Shown here: piece by piece, positions 25,588 through 35,061 of the stretch
How the letters are laid out: each line of letters opens with the position of its first letter
How positions within the stretch are numbered: position 1 is the first letter of the stretch
Origin: Candidatus Omnitrophota bacterium
Lineage (GTDB): Bacteria; Omnitrophota; Gorgyraeia; Zapsychrales; Fredricksoniimonadaceae
Assembly (NCBI GenBank): GCA_028870995.1
Contig: JAGWOI010000001.1
Span: forward strand, 26,273 to 90,272
Direction of reading: 5' to 3'
Length of the DNA stretch: 64,000 bases
The notes under the pieces: generated by a model
Database searches by the model: none
What the model was told of the DNA's origin: nothing
Seen by the model: only the letters and a program-made list of their open reading frames with translations
Made by a program: the position numbers and the translations under genes

Positions 25588-26073
25588 ATGCGCATTTTAG
25601 GCATTGATCCCGGCCTTGTCACCACGGGCTACGGCGTCGTCGCCCTTGAAGGCGGCGGCGTCAAGATCCTGGAGGCCGGCACCATCGAGCCTGATCCCAA
25701 GGAACTTCTTGAAAACAGGCTCTTGAGGCTGCATGGCCACATCACGACCGTCCTTAAAGACTATCAGCCGGATGTGGTGGTTCTCGAAAAACTGTATGCT
25801 CATTACAAACACCCCGCCACGGCGCCGGTTTTAGGCCACGTGCGCGGGGTGATTTGTTTAAGCGTCGCCCAGCAGAAGATCAAGCTGGTTGAGCAAAGCC
25901 CGAAACGCATCCGCAAGGCGCTCATGGGCAACGGCAACGCCACCAAGGTGCAGGTCCAGGAATTTGTCAAAAGGGTGTTGAATATCAAATCCCCGGCGTT
26001 TAAATTAGATGCGAGCGATGCCTTAGGCCTTGCCCTGGGGCAGGCGCACATGATGCGGTATAAATTGATATGA
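25588..26073 (+). CDS. ruvC: Holliday junction resolvase
   Basis: RILGIDPG..TGYG, GNGNATKVQV, DASDAL. Confidence 0.95.
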   Translation: MRILGIDPGLVTTGYGVVALEGGGVKILEAGTIEPDPKELLENRLLRLHGHITTVLKDYQPDVVVLEKLYAHYKHPATAPVLGHVRGVICLSVAQQKIKLVEQSPKRIRKALMGNGNATKVQVQEFVKRVLNIKSPAFKLDASDALGLALGQAHMMRYKLI

Positions 26074-26699
26074 TCATAGCGATTACGGGCAGGATCACGC
26101 GTCAAGGGACAACCTCCATCACCATCGAAACCAATGGCCTGGGCTACGAGGTGCTTACCCCCATTTCCGTGCTGCAGCGGGTCAAAGAAAATCAAGATAG
26201 CGATGGCAATGTTCATTTAATCACGTATCATTATTATCAGATGACCCCTTCCACCGGCGTGCCCGTACTGGTGGGGTTTTTAAACGAAATCGAACGGGAT
26301 TTTTTCCTGGAATTCATCAAGGTCTCCGGTGTGGGCCCGAAGGCCGCGGTCAAGGCCTTAAACCGCGCCATCGGTGAGATCGCCCAGGCCATGGACCGCG
26401 GCGATACCAAATATCTGAAGACCCTGCCCGGCATCGGTGAGCAGAAGGCGCGCGAAATCGTGGCCAAGCTGCAGGGTAAGATGGGCAAGTTCACCCTGAT
26501 GCAGGACCGGGTCGTTACCGAAGCGCCGAAGGCCGGTTTGCGTGATATCGAGGAAGAAGCCCTGCATATTTTATTGCAGCTTCAATACAAGAGAGCGGAG
26601 GCGCAGGAAATGATCAAAAAGGCCCTGGAGCGTTGTCCGCAACTGGCAAGCTCCGAGGATCTTTTGAGCGAAATTTATAAGCAAAGGAAGACCGTCTAA
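26070..26699 (+). CDS. ruvA: Holliday junction branch migration protein
   Basis: GLGYEV, VSGVGPKAA, LPGIGEQKA helix-hairpin-helix motifs. Confidence 0.93.
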   Translation: MIIAITGRITRQGTTSITIETNGLGYEVLTPISVLQRVKENQDSDGNVHLITYHYYQMTPSTGVPVLVGFLNEIERDFFLEFIKVSGVGPKAAVKALNRAIGEIAQAMDRGDTKYLKTLPGIGEQKAREIVAKLQGKMGKFTLMQDRVVTEAPKAGLRDIEEEALHILLQLQYKRAEAQEMIKKALERCPQLASSEDLLSEIYKQRKTV

Positions 26700-27385
26700 T
26701 GGAAGAGCACAAAAATTATAAAACGGCTGTTGAAGCGCTGCTGTTTGTCAGTGAAAAGCCGGTCCTGCTGGATCAGCTCAAAGAGGTGTTCCCCGAGTTG
26801 AAAGGCCCGCAGATCCAGGAGTTGATCAAACAGCTCCAGGAAGAATATGTCAACCGCGAGGCCGGCATGGTGATCGTCGAGATCGCCGGCGGCTATCAAA
26901 TGCTGTCCAACAGCCATGCGGCATCCTGTATCCGCGAATTTTATAAAACCAAGACCAAGGAAAAACTTTCCAAGCCGGCGCTTGAAAGCCTGGCCATCAT
27001 TGCCTATAAGCAGCCCGTGGGCCGTGCCGAAGTGGAGATCATCCGCGGCGTCAATTCCGACGGCACCATTGCCCATTTGCTCAATAAGGGGCTGATTAAG
27101 ATCGTGGGCCGCAAGGAAGTGCCCGGGCGCCCGTTTTTGTTCGGTACGACCAAGGAATTCCTGGAATATTTCGGTTTGAAATCCCTGGAAGACCTGCCTA
27201 AGATCGAGGAGTTCACCCAGTTGGGGATCGACGCACCGAAGGCGGAGAATGCTGTGGTCGAACCTGAACCGGCTGTCGAGCAGCCTATATCGGCTGAAGA
27301 AGAGACCGTTGCGCAAGAGGGCAGCGGCCAATCACGGGTGGCGGCAGAGATTTCCATCCAATCCGCCGAAGAACAGGCTTCTTAA
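26699..27385 (+). CDS. scpB: SMC-Scp complex subunit ScpB
   Basis: VEALLFVS, ALESLAIIAYKQP, IRGVNS, GRPFLFGTTKEFLEYFGL; acidic tail. Confidence 0.95.
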   Translation: MEEHKNYKTAVEALLFVSEKPVLLDQLKEVFPELKGPQIQELIKQLQEEYVNREAGMVIVEIAGGYQMLSNSHAASCIREFYKTKTKEKLSKPALESLAIIAYKQPVGRAEVEIIRGVNSDGTIAHLLNKGLIKIVGRKEVPGRPFLFGTTKEFLEYFGLKSLEDLPKIEEFTQLGIDAPKAENAVVEPEPAVEQPISAEEETVAQEGSGQSRVAAEISIQSAEEQAS

Positions 27386-27387
27386 CT

Positions 27388-28446
27388 ATGGACTTAAGTC
27401 ACCTGCGCAAAAAAATAGACGCCTTGGACACGAAGATCATTACGCTTCTCAATGACCGTGCGGCCATCACGCTGTCCATCGGCGAAGAAAAGATCAAGAA
27501 CGGCAAGCATATTTATGCGCCGGACCGCGAGCAGGACGTACTTAAGCGCTTAAAGGCTTTGAACAGGGGGCCCATTAAAAATGAGGCGGTGGAGGCCATC
27601 TACCGCGAGATCATGTCCGCGGCCCTGGACCTGGAAAAGCCTTTGCGCATCGCCTACATGGGGCCGGAGGCCACTTTCTCTCATTTGGCTTCTTTAAAGA
27701 AATTCGGCTCTTCCGTCGAGCATGTGGCCTGTACCAATGTGGCCGAGGTCTTCGGCAAGGTCGAAAGCAACGACTGCGATTATGGGGTCGTGCCCATCGA
27801 GAACTCCATCGAAGGGGTGGTCACCCATACCATGGATTTGCTGGCGGATTCAGACCTTAAAATCTGCTCGCAGGTTTTGCTGGATGTGACGCATCACTTA
27901 ATGTCTAAAGGCAGCCTTGCCCAGATCAAGGAGATTTATTCCCACCCGCAGGTTCTGGGCCAATGCCGGCAGTGGCTGATGCAGAACATGCCCAAGGCGC
28001 AGCTTATTCCGGTGGTGTCAACCACCAGGGCGGCCCAGATGGTGGCCAAAAAGAAGAACGCCGCCTGCATTGCCTCCCAGGTGGCGGCGTCACTGTACGG
28101 CTTGACCATCTTGAAGAAAAATATCCAGGACAGTACGCATAACATCACCCGCTTTCTTGTTATTTCCACCATGGATGTGCCGCCGACAGGCAAGGACCGC
28201 ACTTCCCTGGTTTTTTCCATCAAGGACAGGGTGGGGGCTTTGCATGCCATGCTCACCCCTTTCATGAAGCACAAGATCAATCTCACCAAGATCGAGTCCC
28301 GGCCTTCCAAGAGAAAAGCCTGGGATTACTATTTCTTCGTTGACTGCGAAGGCCACCAGCAGGAACCCCGCGTGGCCCGGGCGCTCGCCCAGCTTGAGGG
28401 GATGTGCAAGTTCCTTAAGATACTGGGTTCCTATCCTGACGCGTAA
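27388..28446 (+). CDS. pheA: Chorismate mutase / prephenate dehydratase
   Basis: LRKKIDALD CM domain, GPEATFSH, PIENSIEG, NITRF, LTKIESRP ACT domain. Confidence 0.96.
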   Translation: MDLSHLRKKIDALDTKIITLLNDRAAITLSIGEEKIKNGKHIYAPDREQDVLKRLKALNRGPIKNEAVEAIYREIMSAALDLEKPLRIAYMGPEATFSHLASLKKFGSSVEHVACTNVAEVFGKVESNDCDYGVVPIENSIEGVVTHTMDLLADSDLKICSQVLLDVTHHLMSKGSLAQIKEIYSHPQVLGQCRQWLMQNMPKAQLIPVVSTTRAAQMVAKKKNAACIASQVAASLYGLTILKKNIQDSTHNITRFLVISTMDVPPTGKDRTSLVFSIKDRVGALHAMLTPFMKHKINLTKIESRPSKRKAWDYYFFVDCEGHQQEPRVARALAQLEGMCKFLKILGSYPDA

Positions 28447-28465
28447 TTAAAATACGGATTTTTTA

Positions 28466-28516
28466 TTGACAAAAAGGGGTTTTTCATTAAAAATACTAAA
28501 AATACTAGAATAGTAT
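28466..28516 (+). promoter_or_regulatory. Putative promoter with TetR-type operator
   Basis: TTGACA at 28466; palindrome ATACTA-GAA-TAGTAT at 28502-28516 and an extra ATACTA half-site at 28493. Confidence 0.55.
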
Positions 28517-28527
28517 CATATGAATAT

Positions 28528-29121
28528 ATGCAGATACATGATTCATTAAGAGAAAAAATCCTCAACATTGCGGAAAAACGAATGATTAAGTTTGGATTCC
28601 GTAAGGTAACAATGGATGAGATTGCTGCAGACTTGCATATGAGCAAGAATACCATTTATAAAATCTTTACCGGCAAGGATGAAATTGCCTCAGCTTTGGT
28701 CAAGCGCCTTGAGGATCAATTAGATTCAGGACTGGCTAATATAGAGAAGGCCCATGAATCCCCTTTGAAGGTATTTTCAGAAAGTATTCTGTTGCTGCGC
28801 AATCGTTTGGGCCCGTGGTTTGGGCATTTTTTCAGAGAGACCCCTACCGAATTGCCGGGCTTGTGGGAAGAGTTTCTTCACTTTAGGAATGAGAAAATTT
28901 TAAAGATACGGCTGTTGGTGGAGCAAGGGAGCTGCAGCGGCGTTTTCCGCCGTGTTCATCCTGCCATCGCCACCGAGGCCTACCTTGGGGCGGTCAAGGC
29001 AGTCACGAACCCCAGGTTTTTGGAGCAGGAGAACCTGACCTTTGAGCAGGCTCTTGATACGGTCCTGGACATATGGTCCAATGGGCTGGTGGATATAAGC
29101 GACAGCCATGTTGCCATCTAA
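28528..29121 (+). CDS. TetR/AcrR family transcriptional regulator
   Basis: GFRKVTMDEIAADLHMSKNTIYKIF.GKD HTH. Confidence 0.92.
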   Translation: MQIHDSLREKILNIAEKRMIKFGFRKVTMDEIAADLHMSKNTIYKIFTGKDEIASALVKRLEDQLDSGLANIEKAHESPLKVFSESILLLRNRLGPWFGHFFRETPTELPGLWEEFLHFRNEKILKIRLLVEQGSCSGVFRRVHPAIATEAYLGAVKAVTNPRFLEQENLTFEQALDTVLDIWSNGLVDISDSHVAI

Positions 29122-29257
29122 TATCAAACGCATTAAAGAGATTTTGAAGGATCTCAAGAAAATTAAATACGGTTCCATTGAGATCCTTGTGCATGACGGG
29201 GCCATTGTTCAGATAGAGAAAAAGGAAAAAATCCGTCTTGATAAACAAAGCAGATAA
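29108..29257 (+). CDS. Small DUF2292/YezD (OscA-like) protein, 49 aa, absent from the ORF track
   Basis: Manual translation MLPSNIKRIKEILKDLKKIKYGSIEILVHDGAIVQIEKKEKIRLDKQSR carries the family motif YGSIEI.VHDG.IVQIE..EK.R. Confidence 0.85.
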   Translation: MLPSNIKRIKEILKDLKKIKYGSIEILVHDGAIVQIEKKEKIRLDKQSR

Positions 29258-29353
29258 ACTGCATGACATGATACCTATCAGCTAAATCCCTCCGGACAGA
29301 CCGGAAGTTCACGCTAGAAGACCCACGCTTCAAGAGGAAAAAAGGAGTAAAGC

Positions 29354-30670
29354 ATGAGGATTTTTTATCAAATCCTGGCTGCATTGCTGGCTGTGGGCCC
29401 GTTGTCGGTGCCCGCCTTGGCGTTGGCGAATAACAGCAGCGGCCAATACCTGCACTGGGATTACAAGATCGGCGGTGAAGAGAGGCTACGTTACGAGTAC
29501 AGGGACAATTTTGATTTCAATGAGAGTAAAAAGGACAACGCAACTCATTTTCTGAACCGTCTTAAGATCAATGCGGCGGCCGATCTGGAAGATGAATATT
29601 TAAAGAAAGTCGCCGAGGTTTTCGTGGAGGGGCTGGATGCCAGGGATTGGCCTTACTTGACCAAGGCCACTGCCGGCCAGACCGATAGCATGGATCTGCA
29701 TCAGGCGTTTGTGGGCCTCTACAATGTCGGCGGATCCGGCATTGACGTCAAATTAGGGCGACAAGAAATGAATTATGGCGCCAAGCGTTTGATCGCTTCT
29801 CCAACCTGGTTGAATGCGGTGCGCTCCTGGGATGGTGCGGTGGTGCACTATCACAAGAATGGATTGTATTCGGATCTTATTTATGGCCAGAACGTCCAAT
29901 ATCAGGATAAGGAATTCAATGTTTCCGATGGCCATGAGATCCTCTCCGGAATCTACAGTGGATGGCAGAAAAATCATGTTTCTCCGTTGGTCGAATGGTA
30001 TTTTCTTAACCAGGATGATACCAGGGGCATTAATGATATCCACCGTGATACAGCCGGGGCGCGAGTCAAGTTGAAAATAGCGTCCGGCACCGTCCTTGAT
30101 GTGGAGGCGCCTTACCAATGGGGCCGGACAGGGACCACCACTGCGGGCACCAAACCCATCAGGGCCTATGCCTTCCACGCCAATGTTGAGAAATATCTTA
30201 ATGACTGGACTTGGCGGCCAAGAATCAATCTCTCCTACGATGAGGCTTCCGGGAATAAAAATCCTAACGGTAATGTTAACAATACCTTTGTGCCCCTTTA
30301 CCAGACCGTGCACGCACCTTATGGGGAAATGGATTTTTTTCGCTGGGAGAACATGCGTAACCCGGAATTAAATGTCCAATTTTCTCCCATTAAAAAGTTT
30401 CGTTTTACTCCCCAAGTTGATTTTTTCTGGCTGCAAAGCAAGAATGATTCCTGGTATAATTCCTCCGGCACGGCCGTAAGGACAAAAACCAGCGGGAAGC
30501 GCAGTTACTATGTGGGATCAGAGGCGTCATTGAGGTTTTACTATGACTTTACCAAAAATCTGAAATTTGAGACCGGTTATGCGCATTTCTTTTGCGGCGG
30601 ATTTGTCAGGGATACCGGACCCAACGACGATGCCGACTGGATTTACTCTCAAATGGTGTTCAAATTTTAA
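29354..30670 (+). CDS. Alginate-export (AlgE-like) family outer-membrane beta-barrel
   Basis: Signal peptide, GGEERLRYE, DLHQAF, KLGRQEMNYG..RLI, C-terminal VFKF; AAGGAG RBS. Confidence 0.82.
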   Translation: MRIFYQILAALLAVGPLSVPALALANNSSGQYLHWDYKIGGEERLRYEYRDNFDFNESKKDNATHFLNRLKINAAADLEDEYLKKVAEVFVEGLDARDWPYLTKATAGQTDSMDLHQAFVGLYNVGGSGIDVKLGRQEMNYGAKRLIASPTWLNAVRSWDGAVVHYHKNGLYSDLIYGQNVQYQDKEFNVSDGHEILSGIYSGWQKNHVSPLVEWYFLNQDDTRGINDIHRDTAGARVKLKIASGTVLDVEAPYQWGRTGTTTAGTKPIRAYAFHANVEKYLNDWTWRPRINLSYDEASGNKNPNGNVNNTFVPLYQTVHAPYGEMDFFRWENMRNPELNVQFSPIKKFRFTPQVDFFWLQSKNDSWYNSSGTAVRTKTSGKRSYYVGSEASLRFYYDFTKNLKFETGYAHFFCGGFVRDTGPNDDADWIYSQMVFKF

Positions 30671-30709
30671 TGGGAAGGCCGCTTTTCTAATTAAGGAAGG
30701 GAATTGACT

Positions 30710-31474
30710 ATGAAGAAAATGAGACAAATCCTGTTGATTTTGGTATGCTTATGCCTTCTGGCGCTATCGGCCAAGGCGGCAGAAATCACCGTGGCTGCTG
30801 CCGCCAACCTGCAATTTCCCCTGAAGGAATTGCAGGCCGAGTTTACCAGGGAAACCGGGACCTCTGTCAAGATTGCCATCGGCTCCTCCGGGAGCTTGAC
30901 GACGCAGATCGAAAACGGTGCCCCATTCGATGTTTTTCTGTCGGCAGACATGAAGTACCCTGAAGCGATTTATAAGGAAGGACTTTCTTCCCGGCCGCCG
31001 CAGGTGTATGCCTATGGTGTCCTTGTTCTTTGGACGATGGAGGATTTGGATATGTCCAAAGGCCTGGGGCTGCTGGCGGACAAGGAAGTAAAAAAAATCG
31101 CCTTGGCTGATCCGCTGCTGGCGCCATACGGCCGCCAAGCCGTGAACGCCATGAAGTTTGCCCGTCTTTATCCGGGCATCTCGCCTAAATTGATTTATGG
31201 GGAAAGCATAGCCCAGACAAATGTCTTTATTACAACTGGGGCGGCCGATGTCGGTTTTACCGCTGAATCGGTAGTTTTAGCGCCCAATATGAAAAAGAAG
31301 GGGAAATGGACCAAGGTGGACCCGCAAAGCTACAAACCTATCGCCCAGGGCATGGTTGTGTTAAAATATGGTGAAAAAGTACATCCACGCCAGGCACAGG
31401 CATTCTATAATTTCCTGCTTTCGGACCCGGCACGTAAAATACTTAGGAAATACGGTTACTGCTTGACCCCATGA
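30710..31474 (+). CDS. modA: Molybdate ABC transporter substrate-binding protein
   Basis: VAAAANL, GSSGSL..QIENGAPFDVFLSAD, APYGRQA, GESIAQ. Confidence 0.94.
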   Translation: MKKMRQILLILVCLCLLALSAKAAEITVAAAANLQFPLKELQAEFTRETGTSVKIAIGSSGSLTTQIENGAPFDVFLSADMKYPEAIYKEGLSSRPPQVYAYGVLVLWTMEDLDMSKGLGLLADKEVKKIALADPLLAPYGRQAVNAMKFARLYPGISPKLIYGESIAQTNVFITTGAADVGFTAESVVLAPNMKKKGKWTKVDPQSYKPIAQGMVVLKYGEKVHPRQAQAFYNFLLSDPARKILRKYGYCLTP

Positions 31475-31875
31475 ATAAATTGACCGGCAAGATCGTTGCC
31501 CTTGAAACATCCCCGCACATGTCGATGGTGGACGTCGATGTCGACGGGGATGTTTTTTGTTCCATTGTCCTGGAGACACCTGCCAGCGCAGCTTACCTTA
31601 AACAAGGCCAGCCGGTTACCTTGCTGTTTAAGGAGGCCGAGGTCTCCATTGGCAAGAATCTCTCGGGTCTTATCAGTTTGCGCAACAGGTTCAAAGGCAC
31701 GGTCAAGCAGCTGGAAAAATCGCCGATCCTGACCAAGGTGTTCCTGGAGTATAAAAAAGGCCAAGTGGTTTCCATTATTTCCACCCGTTCCGCCCAGAAA
31801 CTGGCCCTGGCTCCCGGCGATGAAGTGGAGTGGCTGGTCAAGACCAACGAAGTTTCGCTGCTTAACGAGGTTTAA
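31471..31875 (+). CDS. Double TOBE-domain (molbindin/ModG-like) protein
   Basis: LFKEAEV, ISLRNRF.G.V, SIISTRSAQKL.L..G. Confidence 0.85.
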   Translation: MNKLTGKIVALETSPHMSMVDVDVDGDVFCSIVLETPASAAYLKQGQPVTLLFKEAEVSIGKNLSGLISLRNRFKGTVKQLEKSPILTKVFLEYKKGQVVSIISTRSAQKLALAPGDEVEWLVKTNEVSLLNEV

Positions 31876-31876
31876 A

Positions 31877-32548
31877 ATGAATTACGATTGGCAGCCCCTA
31901 TTATTGACCTTCCAACTGGCCTTGATTGTCACCCTTATTCTTTTGGTCATCGGCATTCCCATCGCCTATTGGATCGCTTTCTCAAACAACCGGTTTAAAT
32001 ATGTTTTCGAAACCCTGGTCAGCATGCCGCTGGTCCTGCCGCCGACGGTGATAGGGTTTTACCTGTTGATCGCCTTCAGCCCGCAGTATGCCATGGGGCA
32101 TTTCTTGGAGTCGGCCCTGGGGCTTAAGGTTGTTTTTACATTTACAGGCCTGGTCATCGCTTCCGTTCTCTTCAGCCTTCCGTTTATGGTGAATCCCATC
32201 AAGGCCGGTTTTCAGAATTTCCCCACGGCGCTCATTGAGGCGTCCTATTGCCTGGGCAAAGGCTCCTGGGAGACTTTGTGGCGGGTGATCCTGCCTAATA
32301 TCAAACCGGCCTTGTTGACAGGCGTCGTCATGGCTTTTGCCCACACCATCGGCGAATTTGGGGTGGTCTTGATGATCGGCGGCAACATTCCCGGCCGGAC
32401 TCAGCTTGCCTCCATTGCCATTTACAATGAAGTGGAAGCTTTGAATTATCAGACCGCGGGCGTGTATGCGCTGGTCTTGGTCGTCGTTTCTTTTATCGTT
32501 TTGTTTTTGTTTTATTATTTAAACCGTCGGGTTTTAAGAATTTTTTAG
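31877..32548 (+). CDS. modB: Molybdate ABC transporter permease
   Basis: PLVLPPTVIGFYLL, FAHTIGEFGVVLMIGGNIPG; ATG at 31877. Confidence 0.94.
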   Translation: MNYDWQPLLLTFQLALIVTLILLVIGIPIAYWIAFSNNRFKYVFETLVSMPLVLPPTVIGFYLLIAFSPQYAMGHFLESALGLKVVFTFTGLVIASVLFSLPFMVNPIKAGFQNFPTALIEASYCLGKGSWETLWRVILPNIKPALLTGVVMAFAHTIGEFGVVLMIGGNIPGRTQLASIAIYNEVEALNYQTAGVYALVLVVVSFIVLFLFYYLNRRVLRIF

Positions 32549-32550
32549 GT

Positions 32551-33420
32551 ATGATCAACCTGCGTTTAAAAAGACAGATGCAGACCTCCAGAGGCCCGGA
32601 ATGGATCGACCTGGATCTTTCCATGGCGAGCGGGGGATTCGTGTCGCTTTTTGGAAAATCAGGGGCCGGCAAAACCACGGTATTGCGGATGCTGGCAGGG
32701 CTCATCCCGCCCCAGGAAGGGCGTATCGAGGTCGATGGAGATGTGTGGTTCGACAGCGGGCGGAAAATCAATAAGCCCATCCAGCAAAGAAAGGTGGGAT
32801 TTGTTTTTCAGGATAATTGCCTTTTCCCCCATATGACGGTCCGTGAAAATTTGGCGTACGCCTGTCTTCCCGGCCATCACGACGGCATCCAAGAATGGAT
32901 TGGCCTCATGGGCTTAAGCGGCCTGGAAGGCCGCAAGCCCCATCAACTTTCCGGAGGGCAAAAACAGCGGGCGGCTCTGGCGAGGGCTTTGGTGGGCCGG
33001 CCCCGGATGCTGTTGTTGGACGAACCTTTTTCCAACCTTGACCGGCAGGCCCGACTGGAACTGCAGGACGAGATCATGCGCGTCTATCGCAAAACAAGGA
33101 TCACGATGGTTTTGGTCAGTCATGATCTCTGGGAAACGTTCCGGATGTCAGAGATGATTTTTGTCATTGACCGGGGCAGGATCACCAAAAACGGCAGCCC
33201 CGATGAGGTGTTTGTCAATAACGACCTTAGCGGGAAATTTCAGTTTACAGGGGAGGTTCTCGATATCTGCAAGGAAGGCGTTGTTAATATCCTGACCCTT
33301 GGCATCGGCCATCAGATAACAAAGGTGGTGGCTGGTGATGAAGAGATTTCGGATTTAAAGGTGGGCAGCATGGTCATCGTGGCTGCCAAGGCCTTTAATC
33401 CGCTTCTTTTTAAGATCTGA
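32551..33420 (+). CDS. modC: Molybdate ABC transporter ATP-binding protein
   Basis: GKSGAGKT, LSGGQKQR, LLLDEPF, C-terminal TOBE. Confidence 0.9.
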   Translation: MINLRLKRQMQTSRGPEWIDLDLSMASGGFVSLFGKSGAGKTTVLRMLAGLIPPQEGRIEVDGDVWFDSGRKINKPIQQRKVGFVFQDNCLFPHMTVRENLAYACLPGHHDGIQEWIGLMGLSGLEGRKPHQLSGGQKQRAALARALVGRPRMLLLDEPFSNLDRQARLELQDEIMRVYRKTRITMVLVSHDLWETFRMSEMIFVIDRGRITKNGSPDEVFVNNDLSGKFQFTGEVLDICKEGVVNILTLGIGHQITKVVAGDEEISDLKVGSMVIVAAKAFNPLLFKI

Positions 33421-33426
33421 TCGCCT

Positions 33427-35043
33427 ATGAAAAAAAACACCGGCAAGATCGTGCTTTGGACTGCGGGAGGGATTCTTCTGTCCGGCTTGCTTCTAGCCGC
33501 GGGCCTCTTTTGGGCAATGAAGATGGGGCATCATGATGATTTTGACAGCCCTTATATTTTATTGAAAGGCTATGACCAGGGCACAACTCTTGTTTCAAAG
33601 GCTGCCTTCACTGAAAAGTTTGCCAATGGCCAGGAAATCTTTGACTGGCTGCAGCGCAATGATTTCTTCGAGGAGAAGGAAGGGGAGGCAGGTCATCCGC
33701 GCTTCATCTCGTCCGATGCTAAAACCAGTTTAACGGCGAGGTATCCTCATGAGGCGGGAAGAATTTTAGATATTCTGCAACAGGCACAGTCTTCGAGGCA
33801 TGCATTTCTCATCAAAAGTGCGCAGATTTCATCCGAGCTTGCTCAGCGTGCCGTTGAGGACCTCAAGCGCAAAGATTTTAAGAAGGCCATTGATGACTGC
33901 AGGCTTTCGATCGATGTTTTTCCTCTTGATGCCAAACCATACATCCTTTTGACCAAGCTTTACCTGATGACCGGCCAGGAACTGAAGATGTACCAGACCC
34001 TGACACTGGCCGGACGGTCCTACCCGAACTTTAATAACATTGTCGCTGTGATCGATGACCAGGACCTGGATAATATTCCCCTGGATGAACCCGCGGCCAA
34101 CATTTACCTGGCCAATTTTCCGGAAAACAAGAAGGCCGCCATCTCTTTTTTGTTCGATGACGGGGAAAAGAACGTGTATGTCAGCGGCCTGCCCCTATTT
34201 GAAAAATATGGCTTCAAGGCCACTATTCCCGTGATCGCCGGGTTCGTTCCCGAGAAAAGGAACGACCTTTTTTGGGGCAGCTGGCAAGAGTGGCGGGATG
34301 CGGCCGATCACGGTTTTGAAATTGCCAACCACTCCATGTATCACCGCGATTCCCAGACACTGCATGGCAGGGATTTTGATATAGCCATAGATCAGGCCAA
34401 GGATGTGATTGAACAGCATACCGGCCGCAAGGTCACATCCTTTGTTTTTCCCTATGACAGTTATAATGACGAAGCCATGGCCAGGGCCTTAAGAAGGCAT
34501 GAAGTCATTCGCAGTTGGGAATTTTTGCAGTCTTTCTACCCCAAGACGGTGGGCATTACTTACGGCGGTCCTAATTTTTCCGTTGAAACGGCCAACCGCC
34601 TGGTGGATATCAGCATTAAACGCGGGCTATGGCTTATGGCCAATTGTCATGGGGTGACAACCAAGTACGGCCTTTTGTCCTTTAAATCCATAACTCCTTC
34701 TTTTTTGGAAAAACACCTTGCTTACATTCATTCCAAATCAGACGACGTTTGGGTGGACACCTTTTCCCATGTTTTTGAATATATGGCCGCCCGGGCCCAC
34801 ACGACCATCGAAGTCAAAAATTTTGATGTCAACACCATTGATCTTATCCTTCATAGCAATCGTCTACGGGCTTCCTTGCCCTTGCCATTGACCGTCATTG
34901 TCAAAACCAAGGATACGACCGGTGTTAAATCCGTGATCCAGAACGGGCAGGCGCTTAAATCTTGGGCTTGTGCTGCTGACAGGCTGTGTTTTGATGCCGC
35001 GGCCTATGACAGCGATATCCGCGTAACTTGGGGCCAGCCATAG
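33427..35043 (+). CDS. Membrane-anchored polysaccharide deacetylase (NodB/CE4) with TPR-like segment
   Basis: SFLFDDG, FEIANHSMYH, FVFPY, CHG; N-terminal TM; TPR-like helices. Confidence 0.8.
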   Translation: MKKNTGKIVLWTAGGILLSGLLLAAGLFWAMKMGHHDDFDSPYILLKGYDQGTTLVSKAAFTEKFANGQEIFDWLQRNDFFEEKEGEAGHPRFISSDAKTSLTARYPHEAGRILDILQQAQSSRHAFLIKSAQISSELAQRAVEDLKRKDFKKAIDDCRLSIDVFPLDAKPYILLTKLYLMTGQELKMYQTLTLAGRSYPNFNNIVAVIDDQDLDNIPLDEPAANIYLANFPENKKAAISFLFDDGEKNVYVSGLPLFEKYGFKATIPVIAGFVPEKRNDLFWGSWQEWRDAADHGFEIANHSMYHRDSQTLHGRDFDIAIDQAKDVIEQHTGRKVTSFVFPYDSYNDEAMARALRRHEVIRSWEFLQSFYPKTVGITYGGPNFSVETANRLVDISIKRGLWLMANCHGVTTKYGLLSFKSITPSFLEKHLAYIHSKSDDVWVDTFSHVFEYMAARAHTTIEVKNFDVNTIDLILHSNRLRASLPLPLTVIVKTKDTTGVKSVIQNGQALKSWACAADRLCFDAAAYDSDIRVTWGQP

Positions 35044-35061
35044 AAACATTTTCTATGGCCG

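Noticed and set aside
30671-30709. Moco riboswitch or ModE box before modA
   Set aside because: Spacer is only about 39 bp and shows no matching structure or consensus
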